DNA of 62,510 bases from a virus. Lineage: Duplodnaviria > Caudoviricetes. This document shows positions 28,818 to 39,657 of this stretch, piece by piece. The stretch covers positions 1-62,510 of IMG/VR virus record IMGVR_UViG_3300025570_000014. One strand, given 5' to 3'. The translations under genes were made by a program, and so were the position numbers. The notes beneath the pieces were generated by a model. The model made no database searches, was not told the origin of the DNA, and saw nothing but the letters and a program-made list of their open reading frames with translations. How positions within the stretch are numbered: position 1 is the stretch's first letter; every line of letters begins with the position of its first letter.

Positions 28818-29741
28818 TTAAAGAAAAATATTTGTATCAGTATTTTGAGGATTTCTGGTGTCGATGGGTTGGTTGATTTGGGCTTGATTAAGATCATTTA
28901 AATTAGCTACAGTTTCTTGTTGTACGACAAACTGAGCTTGGCTGAATCTTTTCTTATCTACTGTAAGGTCTTTTTGAGGGATATCAGGAATGATATACCC
29001 CATTAGATTTACATCAAAATTAGCTCTAACAGTACGATCTTTCCCAGCACTTACTTCAGTTACTGTAGTGAAGGAATTAATAGTTGCTTTAAATTTAAAT
29101 CTTTCGGGATTTCCCCAATATGAATCTGCAGCATAATTTACAGATTCAATTATTTTATTTAATTGTTCTACATAATATGTGTATACTATGCAGCTATAAG
29201 TCATTTGAACGTAGTTGGGGACTACAATAGTATGAAATTCTCTAACAGGAACCCTATTATTAAGAATATTAAACTTATCATACGCATTTTGTTTATTATA
29301 AGAAGTTTGCGAATAAGCTACGTTAACCGGGTGGTTAGCATCCAATTTATTATACTGCCCCTTAATAGGAGTAAGTGAATTACGTTTAAACATAATTACA
29401 GGAGACATAAGTTTACCTCTCTGGTCTCTCATGTATCCATCACGTTGGACTGTTTTCCATCTTTCAGGAGAACCATATATTAAAGGAACTTCAATACGTT
29501 GTCCATTCTGCATTACAAAAGGTTTAATAACATTTTGAAAGTAATACATTATAGACTCATCTATATCCTTAATTCCTACTGAAAAAGGCTTAGCAGTGTC
29601 ATCTCTAAGAGATGTTTTATTACCTCTATTTAAATCTTGAGGTTGGTTTGGATTACCCCTTGCAGTATCAAAGGGTTCAATAAAGCTATTAGCTATCTCT
29701 GCTTGAGTTTTTGGTATTGGTATTCTTCCTTGTGTAGCCAT
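28818..29741 (-). CDS. Tail terminator / sheath stabiliser (T4 gp15-like)
   Basis: VPLIYGSPERW, YVQMTYSCIVYTYYVEQLNKIIE; follows the neck genes. Confidence 0.7.
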   Translation of the reverse strand: MATQGRIPIPKTQAEIANSFIEPFDTARGNPNQPQDLNRGNKTSLRDDTAKPFSVGIKDIDESIMYYFQNVIKPFVMQNGQRIEVPLIYGSPERWKTVQRDGYMRDQRGKLMSPVIMFKRNSLTPIKGQYNKLDANHPVNVAYSQTSYNKQNAYDKFNILNNRVPVREFHTIVVPNYVQMTYSCIVYTYYVEQLNKIIESVNYAADSYWGNPERFKFKATINSFTTVTEVSAGKDRTVRANFDVNLMGYIIPDIPQKDLTVDKKRFSQAQFVVQQETVANLNDLNQAQINQPIDTRNPQNTDTNIFL

Positions 29742-30253
29742 TATAATCTTTCTTTAGTTATGCCGGGTTTATCACCAGGGACATAATGAGTTTCACAAAT
29801 AATAGAAAAATTAGATCCAAAAATTTCTAAGCCTGGGTTGAGTGGATTTACATTATATGGGTAATCCGGGTCTTTACCTACAATAAATTGGTTAGCATTA
29901 GTGTTTTCTATCTCATAGTAACCTCCATAATATAAAATTATATCTCCTACTTCGGGAACTAATTTGGCATCTTGTAAATCTTCACGAAGAAATCTAAAGG
30001 TAATGGGCCATTCAAAATCAGGAAGACCCATATCATCTATGGGGTTTGCTTGGACTTGTCTTTCAATTAAACAATTGAATAAAACCGGCCCATCGTAATA
30101 CTTATCTTCAGCAGATTCACCATATATGTTTATAGTAGTCTGGTTTAGGTTATATTTGTAAAATGCACATTCTTGGGTTATAATATTCCCTAACAACTCT
30201 CTATTGACAGTTGTAAATAAATTTACATCTCGTGTTCGTCCAAAAAATGCCAT
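29741..30253 (-). CDS. Neck protein / head-tail adaptor (gp14-like)
   Basis: NIYGES, PEVGDIILY.GGYYEI; synteny. Confidence 0.7.
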   Translation of the reverse strand: MAFFGRTRDVNLFTTVNRELLGNIITQECAFYKYNLNQTTINIYGESAEDKYYDGPVLFNCLIERQVQANPIDDMGLPDFEWPITFRFLREDLQDAKLVPEVGDIILYYGGYYEIENTNANQFIVGKDPDYPYNVNPLNPGLEIFGSNFSIICETHYVPGDKPGITKERL

Positions 30254-31407
30254 TAGCCTATAAAGATTGTCCAGGGTGCTGCACTAAGATCCTTTTGTAT
30301 AAACTCGGCGTTTGCTGCTTTCTTTTCTAATAACCTATTTCTTGATGTTTCTTCTAGATATGCTCTTAATCTTTCAATTAAAGCTGTTTTATCTGTAGTG
30401 GCGGATTGGATTAGATCTGCCTGGTTGAGGGTTACTTCAGCTCCCGGGATAGGTACTGTTGTATATTTACCTCTTACATAACCTAATATTTCTTTAGATA
30501 GAGCTAAAGTGTATTCAAATATCCATTGTCTGCCAATAGAATTAATGTATGAATAAGTTGGATTTGTATAGGGTACTGTGGAGATATCTGTTACTACTCC
30601 TATTCCCATACTTCCAGATACTACTGCCCTATTTCTATCAGTTTTTAAAATGTATTTAAAACGTAGCTTTCCGGGACCATTAGGAATAGGGAATATTCTT
30701 AGTTGATTATTTATTAATTCAAAACTATAGTTAGATCTTCTAATAGTATCATTAAGCTCAATAGCTTGTAAGACTTGTAAGTCATAGTTAATGGGCATCA
30801 TCATGAAATTGATACCCGGAGACATGTTTCCAAATCCGAATTGGTCCATCATCCCTCCTACATCAGAACCTCCAACACCTGCGTAGGGGTCAAAGAATCT
30901 TACAATAGCGGGAGTAGATTCATAAAATATTTGTTTAATTTCTAAATTGCCTGCTTCTATACCTGAACCCGTTGCCCAGGCTGTCATGTCATAAGTTTGA
31001 ACATTAGCTGATAGATCGAGGCTACCATCTCTCCAAGTTACAGTACCTCCTACACCTGCTTCTTCACCATATTGTTCAGATAAACGAACAATTCCTGCTA
31101 AGTTAGGTTGTTGTAGTTTATAATTTAATAGTGATCCCGTTGTCGACCCCTCTAGTGAGAGATAGTTTTCACTCGCTTGAAACGCGTATACTTCATTACC
31201 ATACGTGGTTACTGCTTCCTCAAACGCAGCATAAAAGCTAATATCTTGCAATTCAACATCTGTTAAAGGGTATCCTAAACGGCGAGCACAAAATACAGAT
31301 ACGGCATCAGCATCAGTTTGGAATTCAACATCACTGTCATAAAAACCGAATGGTGTTTCACCCGGGGCAAATGAAGATGAACCGGGCCAGATGGGAGTAT
31401 TGGGCAT
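30253..31407 (-). CDS. Neck protein (gp13-like)
   Basis: RRLGYPLTDVEL, QWIFEYTLALSKEILGYVRGKY, IPGAEVTLN. Confidence 0.8.
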   Translation of the reverse strand: MPNTPIWPGSSSFAPGETPFGFYDSDVEFQTDADAVSVFCARRLGYPLTDVELQDISFYAAFEEAVTTYGNEVYAFQASENYLSLEGSTTGSLLNYKLQQPNLAGIVRLSEQYGEEAGVGGTVTWRDGSLDLSANVQTYDMTAWATGSGIEAGNLEIKQIFYESTPAIVRFFDPYAGVGGSDVGGMMDQFGFGNMSPGINFMMMPINYDLQVLQAIELNDTIRRSNYSFELINNQLRIFPIPNGPGKLRFKYILKTDRNRAVVSGSMGIGVVTDISTVPYTNPTYSYINSIGRQWIFEYTLALSKEILGYVRGKYTTVPIPGAEVTLNQADLIQSATTDKTALIERLRAYLEETSRNRLLEKKAANAEFIQKDLSAAPWTIFIG

Positions 31408-31467
31408 GTTGTTTTGTTATAAATATAGCAGGATTTTAAAGGAGGTTAGGTTTTAATTATTTATAAA

Positions 31468-31743
31468 TTAAATAGGGTACCATTCATTAGGATTAGGAGG
31501 GTAAGGGATACGTACGTCATCTCTCCAATACCAATCACTAATCCCATTAATCAATTCAATATAATCAGCAAGGGATTGTTCATCATTAAAAATACTTAAA
31601 AATTGTTGACCTGTGGTTAATGTTTGTTCAGGTTCTATATAACCAATTTGTTGGGGTGTTAGCTCAATTCCATTAGAATATGCAACCCAAAATTTGGGTC
31701 CTGTTTCTTCTGTGCATTGGAAAGTAGTAGTAGTTAATTGCAT
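31468..31743 (-). CDS. Hypothetical protein
   Basis: Clean ORF with an A-rich start region. Confidence 0.6.
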   Translation of the reverse strand: MQLTTTTFQCTEETGPKFWVAYSNGIELTPQQIGYIEPEQTLTTGQQFLSIFNDEQSLADYIELINGISDWYWRDDVRIPYPPNPNEWYPI

Positions 31744-31758
31744 TTTTTAATTTAAAGA

Positions 31759-33780
31759 TTATTGACCATTATCACCCGCATCTAAAATAGTCCACCCGTA
31801 AGTACCGGTAAGAGTGTTTCGTGCAGAACTTGCAATGGATCCTGAGTATTGGGTTAAATTAGCCTCAAGGGTTACATTAGATTGTATATTAGGAGCTTGG
31901 GCAGCCCATCCTATAAGAATATTACTATAGTTTTCGTCTGAAAGGTTAGGTACATTTCTAAACATTCTAGACATATTAGTTACACCACTTATATCCCAAC
32001 TTCCTAAATCTTGGTTAAATCCAGTTCCTGTAGGGGCACCAAATCCTGCTCTAAAAAACATATCTTGAAATGTAGTAGCGGCACTTGTGTTCCAATTAGA
32101 TATATCTTGATCAAAATCACGACAATCATAAAACATACTAGTAAAATTAGTAACATTAGATACATCCCAACTGCTAATATCTTGATCAAAAGCATCGGCA
32201 TTATAAAATACCCGTTGCATACTTGTTAAATTACTTACATCCCAACTTGATATATCCTGATTAAAAGATGTTGCATTAAAAAATATAGTATCTATAGTAG
32301 AAACATTACTAATAGAACTTGACCAACTTGTGAGGGGTTGATCAAAATTAGTACAACCATTAAACATTCCATAAAGAGAACCCCCAGAAATATTCCAATT
32401 ATCAATATTTTGGTTAAAGCTAGAACAATTTTCAAACATTTCAAAAAATGTAGTTCCGCTAGAAACATCCCAAGTTGTAACATTTCCATTAAAAGCAGTG
32501 GCACCTGTAAAAACTTCAGTAAAATTAGTAATGTTACTCACATCCCACCCTGAAAGGCTTTGGTTAAATGATGTAGCTCCTTGGAACATTCTACGCATAG
32601 AAGTAGCAGTAGAACTTAAAGTCCAATTACCTATGGGTTGGTTAAATACGGGGGCGAAATTAAACATAAATTCATAGGTTGACGCGCTACTGACATCCCA
32701 ATTTGATATATCAGCATTGAATATAGGATTTTCTTGAATAAATCTTAGGAAATCTGTAACATTACTCACATCCCATAAAGAAACATCAGGATTGAATGAT
32801 ATTCCTGCAAACATGTAACTCATAGCTGTTAAAGAACCCACATCCCAACTACTAATATCTTGATTGAATGAGGAGGCATTTAGGAACATGGACCTCATAT
32901 CCGTTACACTACTTACATCCCAACCTGAAATATCCTGGTTAAATGAAGTAGCTCCGTTGAACATCGCATTCATTCTAGTTATTAAACTTGTATTAAAATT
33001 TACAATCTCGGGATTATTATAAACAGTATTTCCGGCAAATAGTGAGTTAAATGAAGTTACATTACTAATGTCCCAATTAGATATAGATCCTGTAAATTGG
33101 GTATCTTGAAATACTCCCTCCATTGCGTATGGGGGTGAAGTACTTGAAAGTCCTATGGTAGCATGAAAATTAATATTTGGGTTGTCAGATCCTTGTGCAA
33201 ATTGTCTAAAGTCTCCTGTTATAGGGCTCCCAGAAGTACCCCAAGAAGTAAAATCACCTACAAGAGAATTATTATTTATAAAGGTTTGATAATTACCACC
33301 TCGAGGAATATCTTTAGATCCAAAATTAGGAACATCCGTAGCAGTCATATACCAGTTTTCACAATTTTGAAAAATTTTATCAGAAAGATATATTTTTACA
33401 GGACCCCAAGATTTTACATTTATTAATTTAAGCCTATCATTAGCAGCAGTTGCTGTACTGCCATCTTGGGCTGCCCATGAAATATGGTCAACCCCATTAG
33501 AAATATTTTCAGAAATAATGATATCATATATCCCAACAGAATTATACGTGTGAACAACTTCAGATTGATTCCAAGAAGTGATATTATCAGAGGTACCATC
33601 ACCCCAAGAAACACTAAAATCATAAGTTCCTGTAGATATTGTGGGAAGTCTATATTGAAATATTGTGGTACTTCCAACTTCAGTATTTCTAGTATCTATA
33701 GTAAAATTAAAAGGTAAAACATTTGTTGATGTTCTTGGATAAGCGGCAGCAGATAATTCAAAAAGAAAAGCCATTATCAA
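31759..33780 (-). CDS. DUF285 / BspA-type repeat surface protein with an N-terminal PKD-like strand
   Basis: More than a dozen ~25-aa repeats of FNQDISSWDVS.VT.M..MF; VSWGDGT...HTY..G.Y motif. Confidence 0.85.
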   Translation of the reverse strand: MIMAFLFELSAAAYPRTSTNVLPFNFTIDTRNTEVGSTTIFQYRLPTISTGTYDFSVSWGDGTSDNITSWNQSEVVHTYNSVGIYDIIISENISNGVDHISWAAQDGSTATAANDRLKLINVKSWGPVKIYLSDKIFQNCENWYMTATDVPNFGSKDIPRGGNYQTFINNNSLVGDFTSWGTSGSPITGDFRQFAQGSDNPNINFHATIGLSSTSPPYAMEGVFQDTQFTGSISNWDISNVTSFNSLFAGNTVYNNPEIVNFNTSLITRMNAMFNGATSFNQDISGWDVSSVTDMRSMFLNASSFNQDISSWDVGSLTAMSYMFAGISFNPDVSLWDVSNVTDFLRFIQENPIFNADISNWDVSSASTYEFMFNFAPVFNQPIGNWTLSSTATSMRRMFQGATSFNQSLSGWDVSNITNFTEVFTGATAFNGNVTTWDVSSGTTFFEMFENCSSFNQNIDNWNISGGSLYGMFNGCTNFDQPLTSWSSSISNVSTIDTIFFNATSFNQDISSWDVSNLTSMQRVFYNADAFDQDISSWDVSNVTNFTSMFYDCRDFDQDISNWNTSAATTFQDMFFRAGFGAPTGTGFNQDLGSWDISGVTNMSRMFRNVPNLSDENYSNILIGWAAQAPNIQSNVTLEANLTQYSGSIASSARNTLTGTYGWTILDAGDNGQ

Positions 33781-35639
33781 GTAGTTGCTCGTTCACCTGT
33801 TAAAGTCCATGTATTAGTACTGACTCTTTTTAAAGCTATAACAGCATATTGACCTGACGTTACAAGAGTTGCTGAGGAATTAATTGTAACTCCGCTCCCT
33901 GCTGCTATAGTAATAGGAAAGGCATTACCCTGTTCAAAAGCTACTTCACATGAATCAGGCCATGAAACATCTGATTGGGGAGGGACTGTGTAAGTAGCTC
34001 CTGGGGAGGAAGGAGAACATTTTATATAGGTTAAATTATCACTTAAAGCAAGTGTTCTTCCTGTACTTTCTAAAGAAACTGAAAAAGAAGTACCAGCTTG
34101 CCCTGCGGGGCCTGCTGGTCCAGCAGGACCTTGTAAAGCGGGATTATCTACTTTAGTTAATTGAAAATATCCTTGTTGGGCGTTGCAAGTACCGCTTGCT
34201 GCATAGTTAGCTACTTTAATTTCTATTTGTTCATTACCGCCAGGACAATAAATAATTCTAGAAAGAGTACAACTAGCCTCATCAGCCCCACTAGCATTTC
34301 TTATATAACCATAAGCTCTACCTTGTACTTCAACCCCATTAATAAAGATATTCATTCCAGGAGTAGTTCTTGCCCCACCTGTATTAAAGGCAACTGCAGC
34401 ATCTACTTGGTAATATCCTGCTTCAGAAATAGTAATTACTGATGTATTACTCCCTGTTGAAGGGGTTAAAGAACTTCCTTGGTTGTATTCAATTTGGTCA
34501 AACTGAACATTTATAGGGGTAGTTACGTTATAGTTTACTGAAGTATTTATAAAAAAAAGTCCTGCGGACTTAAATGCAGGTTCTAAACCTAGATTAATAG
34601 AAGATGCTAAAGAAAAATCTACAATAGAACCTGATGTGATAAGTGAACCTGTAATGTTAGTATCTCCTATTACCTCTAAACTACCACTAATTATAGCACT
34701 TCCTGTATATGGGAATGGATCTTCATTAAATGATGATGTAGGTGTTGCAACCGCATTCCAGGTACTATCTCCTACCCAAGCATAACCTGGTTGGAGGTTA
34801 GGTATATCATTACTTCTCCCCGCTCCTAATACTGTTATTTCTCCATTATTGGCAACTCTTCCTACTCTAGCGATTTTTTGGATTAAAGCAGAACCTGTTG
34901 GTCTGTTAGGAGTTAAGATTCCTTCACCTACATATAAACTTTGATTAATTGAATACCCATTAGTATCAACCCCTCTTACGGCACCTAATAAAGTAGCATA
35001 ACCCTGATCGTTGGCATTTAATGTTTGGTCTAAAATACCAATAGAGGGCATGGTGTTAGCTTCTGAAGCAGAAGCAGGGGCAATTTGAAATATAGAAGCT
35101 CCCTGGAAGCCACTTATGTATACAGGTGTTCCTATAGGTAAGGTTATCCCATATGTATTTTTTACATCTATGTTAGTTCTATCAGACCAATCAAAACTTA
35201 GATTACCACTACCATCAGTAGTAATAAATTGTTTTTCACCCCCATCAATAGCAGGGTAGTTAAGTCCTGAGGCTGTTAAGTATTGTATTTCTGTAGATCC
35301 AGTAACTACTAAACTACCACTAATTATAGCACTCCCTGTGTATGGGAATGTATCAGGGGAGTTTAAAGCATAAGAAGCTGTTAAAGCATAAGAGGCAGAT
35401 ATGGAGGAGGTGGATAATCCTGATTCTTTGGCGTAATCGGCATAAGAAGAGGATACTTCTTTTATAATCTCATGGGAAGCAGATACAGCATATTCAGCAT
35501 AAGAAGCAGTTACCGCGTAAGAAGCACTTATAGGGAGAAAAACTGACCCAGTACCATCATATATAACAGTGCCATCAGTTTGTAATACCCTTTGATAAGT
35601 ATTTTCTATATTTTGCCCTGTTAAATCAGGTAATGCCAT
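33777..35639 (-). CDS. Mosaic fibre / adhesin protein (ASYA repeats, C1q/TNF-like domain, short collagen linker)
   Basis: SASYA repeats; duplicated FPYTGSAIISGSL.V.G; ITISEAGYYQVDA; GPAGPAGPAG; C-terminal GQYAVIALKRVSTNTWTLTG. Confidence 0.65.
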   Translation of the reverse strand: MALPDLTGQNIENTYQRVLQTDGTVIYDGTGSVFLPISASYAVTASYAEYAVSASHEIIKEVSSSYADYAKESGLSTSSISASYALTASYALNSPDTFPYTGSAIISGSLVVTGSTEIQYLTASGLNYPAIDGGEKQFITTDGSGNLSFDWSDRTNIDVKNTYGITLPIGTPVYISGFQGASIFQIAPASASEANTMPSIGILDQTLNANDQGYATLLGAVRGVDTNGYSINQSLYVGEGILTPNRPTGSALIQKIARVGRVANNGEITVLGAGRSNDIPNLQPGYAWVGDSTWNAVATPTSSFNEDPFPYTGSAIISGSLEVIGDTNITGSLITSGSIVDFSLASSINLGLEPAFKSAGLFFINTSVNYNVTTPINVQFDQIEYNQGSSLTPSTGSNTSVITISEAGYYQVDAAVAFNTGGARTTPGMNIFINGVEVQGRAYGYIRNASGADEASCTLSRIIYCPGGNEQIEIKVANYAASGTCNAQQGYFQLTKVDNPALQGPAGPAGPAGQAGTSFSVSLESTGRTLALSDNLTYIKCSPSSPGATYTVPPQSDVSWPDSCEVAFEQGNAFPITIAAGSGVTINSSATLVTSGQYAVIALKRVSTNTWTLTGERATT

Positions 35640-35641
35640 TC

Positions 35642-36214
35642 TTAACCTATTTTAGACAACCCTGTTAATACTCCTTCAATGATGGTTTCCTTTTGATTAG
35701 AGGCAATTTCATTTTCTTGTAAGTAAGTACCAACAAGATTGTTGAGTTTATCTTTTTTAATAGAGAGATTTTCTAAATTAATATCTTCCTTAATCAACAA
35801 CCGTAGTAGGGTAATGATATGTTCCCTTTCGTGGAGAGACACGCTATTTTTAACATTCTCTACAGAGACTGTAGGTTTTGATTCAGTTAAGACTTCTAAA
35901 TCTTCTTGAGATTTAACTTCTACGGTAATCTTTCGTGAAGTATCTACTGTAAATTTTGATTTCCATGGGGTAAAATAAGTATCATCCGCAATTACTTCCA
36001 ATTTGATATCTCCACTGATGTTTTCATCTAAGAGACCTTTTAATTTTTTAATAGGAATTTGGCATTTGCCTGTTGAACTTATAGTGCCCTTAAACATAAG
36101 GTTTAAGCCTTCAGATTCTACTAATAGACGTGCTTGACTATTCTTTAAAGAAGCCCCTTCTAATTTTATATTACACTCAAAGAGTTCGGTTTTGTCAGTA
36201 AATAATTTGTACAT
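35642..36214 (-). CDS. Hypothetical protein
   Basis: Start overlaps upstream stop; no function recognised. Confidence 0.7.
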   Translation of the reverse strand: MYKLFTDKTELFECNIKLEGASLKNSQARLLVESEGLNLMFKGTISSTGKCQIPIKKLKGLLDENISGDIKLEVIADDTYFTPWKSKFTVDTSRKITVEVKSQEDLEVLTESKPTVSVENVKNSVSLHEREHIITLLRLLIKEDINLENLSIKKDKLNNLVGTYLQENEIASNQKETIIEGVLTGLSKIG

Positions 36215-36531
36215 TATATGTCTATTTTTAAATCTATTCCTAATACTTCCTTAGCAACTAGCGCTACATCCGTAATACGTATTTGCCTTTCCTTTACCTC
36301 TTTAGTTTCTTTGTATTCTACGCCTTCTATTTGGCATATGAGTTTTATAAAGCGTTTTTTCTTTTTTTTATCTTTAAATACTTCACCATAAGCTCTTCCG
36401 GCTTGTATTACTTCTTCAACTAGAGCGCAATCGTCCCATGTAAAGGGGTTACGGCTTTGTCTTGCTCCAAATGGGTTAGTGTTCCAGGCAAAATTAGCAT
36501 TACCCCATTCAAATGGTATTCTAGAAGACAT
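36214..36531 (-). CDS. Hypothetical protein
   Basis: Trp-spaced N-terminus and a Lys run. Confidence 0.65.
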   Translation of the reverse strand: MSSRIPFEWGNANFAWNTNPFGARQSRNPFTWDDCALVEEVIQAGRAYGEVFKDKKKKKRFIKLICQIEGVEYKETKEVKERQIRITDVALVAKEVLGIDLKIDI

Positions 36532-36537
36532 TAATTA

Positions 36538-38934
36538 TTATCCTAATGAAATTTTTAAGTTAACTCCATCTCTCCATACTTGGCCTATAAATTCGGGGTC
36601 TGATGTGGGTAAGCTTTGAGCATCTAAGAATATTGAAGCCGTATTGATTACTACAATATTTTTTCTACTTCCATCGTTAGTACCATTACTTACAATAAAT
36701 AAAGCTTCATCGATTTTTCCTATCCCATCAGCATCACCGAATTTTGTAAATTTACCTACCGCAGTTGAGTAATCCCTTTGGGCAATTGTATTATCACCTG
36801 TAGAAAATGAACCGGTACCTTGGGCTCTTGATCCAGAACCTGCTGCAAATGAGTAAGAACCATTTGCTAGAGTTGTGAATCCTTGAGCATGTGATGATTC
36901 TCCTATAGCTAGTGTAAGGGTACCTTCAGCATGGGAAAAATCACCTGAGGCGGATGTGAAAGATCCTTCGGTATGGGATCCCCTTCCAAAGGCAAATGTA
37001 TCGTACCCTTCAGCATGGGTAAATGATCCTGTTGCATGGGTGTTATAACCTCCAGCATGAGATCCCCTCCCTGAGGCAAGTGTGGCTTCGCCTTCAGTAT
37101 GAGAGAATTGACCTGATGCTGTAGTTAGGTAACCTTCAGCGTGAGAGTAGTTCCCTAAAGTTTGGGTTTCACGGCCCTCAGTGTGGGAGTAAACTCCATT
37201 AGTTTTTGTAGTGCGTCCTTCAGCATGAGATCCTTCAGCCCCCGCTACGGTTCCATTTCCTTCAGCATGTGAATATCCTGCTTGTGTTATAGTATCATAT
37301 CCTTGTGCATGGGAGTATAAACCTCCAACAATGTTAAATTGGCCTTGAGCTAAACTTCCTGTGATAACTACAGTTCGGGAAGAAGTAACATTTAAATTAT
37401 CAGCGGTTATATACCAATCAGTATCTTCCCCTCCACTCCCCCCAGAAGAATATGAACCTGTATATTCGAATTGACCTGTTGTAGGATCATATACTACAAC
37501 ATTAGTACCACTACTATTAGTATCTTCAGGGATAGCGGCATATAAAGCACCACTAGCTGAGATGAGAGATGCTGTAAGGTCGTTTTTAAATTCAATGCCA
37601 TTAGAATTAAATAAAGCTAAGTCACTTCTAGCTCCATCGCTAACACCGTTTCCTATAATCATTAAGGAAGTAGTATTATCATGGGTATTATATTTACCTT
37701 GAACGTGTTGAGCTGACCCCGATGCTATGGTATAAAATCCTTCAGCATGAGAGGAAACTCCTAGTGCTATAGTTCCAAATCCTTCGGTATGAGATGTAGC
37801 CCCATATGCTATAGTTAAGTAACCTTCAGCATGGGAAGCTTCACCACTTGCTATAGTTTCTTTACCTTCGGAATGCTGTCCTCCTCCTGATGAGCCTGTG
37901 GTTAGAGTATTTAGACCTTCAGCATGTGAATAAAATGCAGAAGCTGTGCTATATGATCCTTCAGCGTGGGCATAAGCACCAAATCCATATACTGTAGGGC
38001 CTAAGACTGCATCCGTAGAAGGATTAGTTGTTGTGTGATGTCCTTCAGCATGAGAGTAGTATCCTGCTATTGTTTGGAATCCTGTAGTTAGAGAGTTAGA
38101 TCCTGAGATTTTACTTTGGTAACCTAAGTTAGCAAAAGAAGAAAAAGAAGATGTTCCGTTATTGTACATCCATATTTGATCGTTTCCTGAAGCAAGGGCA
38201 CCCAAAAAGGTTTCATCTGCAAAGGGACTTAAGGGAAAGATACCTCCCCCTGATCCTGTTTCTCCTGCTCCCAGCACAAGGTCTCCTAAAGATAAAATGC
38301 CTGGGGAATTAGATTTAACTATAATAGATCCTGTTACTTCGATACTCCCAGAAGGAATATGAAGATTTCCATAAAGTGTGTTAGTACTAGAAGAACCACT
38401 TAAACCTATTAAAACTTGAGAGCCTGTAAGGTCTAATAAAAGGTTTGATCCTATAGATGTATAAATTCTATCTGGGCCTAGTCTGAAGTAGCTAGTATCA
38501 ACCCCTTCAGAAAATATTGCTTGAGTTGTAATCCATGAACCCGAATTAATTCCCCCTTTTGATCCTGTAGAAGCGGATTTACCTTCTTTTATTGAGTCTA
38601 ACTCCGCTTTAGTAAAAGAAGATATATTTGACCCCGATACAAAATTTATAGATCCATCGGATACATAAATTTCGCTCCATGCCGAGTTAGGTCCCCCTAA
38701 ACTAAAAGAAGAAACGGTTTCACCCGGTGCGGTATTGGGTATTATACTACTTGAGATATAAATAGTGCCTGAGATAAATTGGCTTCCTGTTGGGGAAGAG
38801 CCTGTGTTTCCAGTTTGGGCCTCTATTATATCATATAAGGTGTTAACTGAGGTTTTGGTTTCGTTAAATATAGATGCACTAACCTCACTGTTAGATCCAG
38901 AGTCTGCTCTATTAGCCCATTCAATTTTTGCCAT
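36538..38934 (-). CDS. Adhesin-like fibre with 14-aa SH(A/T)EG repeats (YadA-head / Hep_Hag-like)
   Basis: Two blocks of SHAEG-x9 repeats, each followed by a G...L.I(I/V).NG..DG.R cap. Confidence 0.75.
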   Translation of the reverse strand: MAKIEWANRADSGSNSEVSASIFNETKTSVNTLYDIIEAQTGNTGSSPTGSQFISGTIYISSSIIPNTAPGETVSSFSLGGPNSAWSEIYVSDGSINFVSGSNISSFTKAELDSIKEGKSASTGSKGGINSGSWITTQAIFSEGVDTSYFRLGPDRIYTSIGSNLLLDLTGSQVLIGLSGSSSTNTLYGNLHIPSGSIEVTGSIIVKSNSPGILSLGDLVLGAGETGSGGGIFPLSPFADETFLGALASGNDQIWMYNNGTSSFSSFANLGYQSKISGSNSLTTGFQTIAGYYSHAEGHHTTTNPSTDAVLGPTVYGFGAYAHAEGSYSTASAFYSHAEGLNTLTTGSSGGGQHSEGKETIASGEASHAEGYLTIAYGATSHTEGFGTIALGVSSHAEGFYTIASGSAQHVQGKYNTHDNTTSLMIIGNGVSDGARSDLALFNSNGIEFKNDLTASLISASGALYAAIPEDTNSSGTNVVVYDPTTGQFEYTGSYSSGGSGGEDTDWYITADNLNVTSSRTVVITGSLAQGQFNIVGGLYSHAQGYDTITQAGYSHAEGNGTVAGAEGSHAEGRTTKTNGVYSHTEGRETQTLGNYSHAEGYLTTASGQFSHTEGEATLASGRGSHAGGYNTHATGSFTHAEGYDTFAFGRGSHTEGSFTSASGDFSHAEGTLTLAIGESSHAQGFTTLANGSYSFAAGSGSRAQGTGSFSTGDNTIAQRDYSTAVGKFTKFGDADGIGKIDEALFIVSNGTNDGSRKNIVVINTASIFLDAQSLPTSDPEFIGQVWRDGVNLKISLG

Positions 38935-38958
38935 GTTAAGTCGATTTATTTATAAATA

Positions 38959-39657
38959 TTAGAAAATGGGGTTATCTTCATAATAATCACGTAAATCTTC
39001 TACAATTTCATTGCGGTGGTTAGATTGGAGTGTAATAGCTTCAAGATTTTTAATTTTTCGTGATGCTTTGTAAAGATATTTAAATCCAGAGTCTGATTTT
39101 TTCTTTAAATCTGTTTGGTGAGCATCACCACATACCATCATTTTGGACCTTAAACCCAGACGTGTTGTAATCATTTCCATTTGATCGTGGGTTACATTTT
39201 GAGCTTCATCTACAATAACACATGCATCTAAAAATGTTCTACCTCTCATAAATGAAACAGGTACAATTTCTATTTTACCATCTGCTATAAGTTTTTCGAT
39301 TTTAGCCTTATCATATAACATAAATAAATTTTGATAAATAGGTTGCACCCAGGGGTCCATTTTTTCTCTTAAATCACCTGGGAGGAAACCGATTTCTTCT
39401 TTACTTACTGTAGGACGAGTAATAATGATTTTGGTGTAGATTCTTCTAAGTAAACCATCTAAAGCTACTTGACAAGCTAATAGGGTTTTACCTGATCCTG
39501 CTTGACCCGCTAATAGTGTAATTGTGTTGTCTAGTATTAGTTGTTTTGCTTCTTTCTGTTCATCGTTTAATTGTATTTTAAACTTTATAGGGTTTTTTGC
39601 TACTTTTTTTTCTCTAAAAATTTCTTTAGCTTCTTCGGTCGTATTGAAATGGGTCAT
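38959..39657 (-). CDS. phoH: PhoH-like ATPase
   Basis: GQAGSGKT, IITRP, IGFLPGDLREKMDPW, FMRGRTF, VDEAQN, TRLG, GD..QTD. Confidence 0.95.
   Translation of the reverse strand: MTHFNTTEEAKEIFREKKVAKNPIKFKIQLNDEQKEAKQLILDNTITLLAGQAGSGKTLLACQVALDGLLRRIYTKIIITRPTVSKEEIGFLPGDLREKMDPWVQPIYQNLFMLYDKAKIEKLIADGKIEIVPVSFMRGRTFLDACVIVDEAQNVTHDQMEMITTRLGLRSKMMVCGDAHQTDLKKKSDSGFKYLYKASRKIKNLEAITLQSNHRNEIVEDLRDYYEDNPIF

Noticed and set aside
31950-33717. Alternative-frame ORFs and possible DGR template in the DUF285 gene
   Set aside because: By-products of a coding repeat; no reverse transcriptase and no adenine-specific TR/VR pair was seen.
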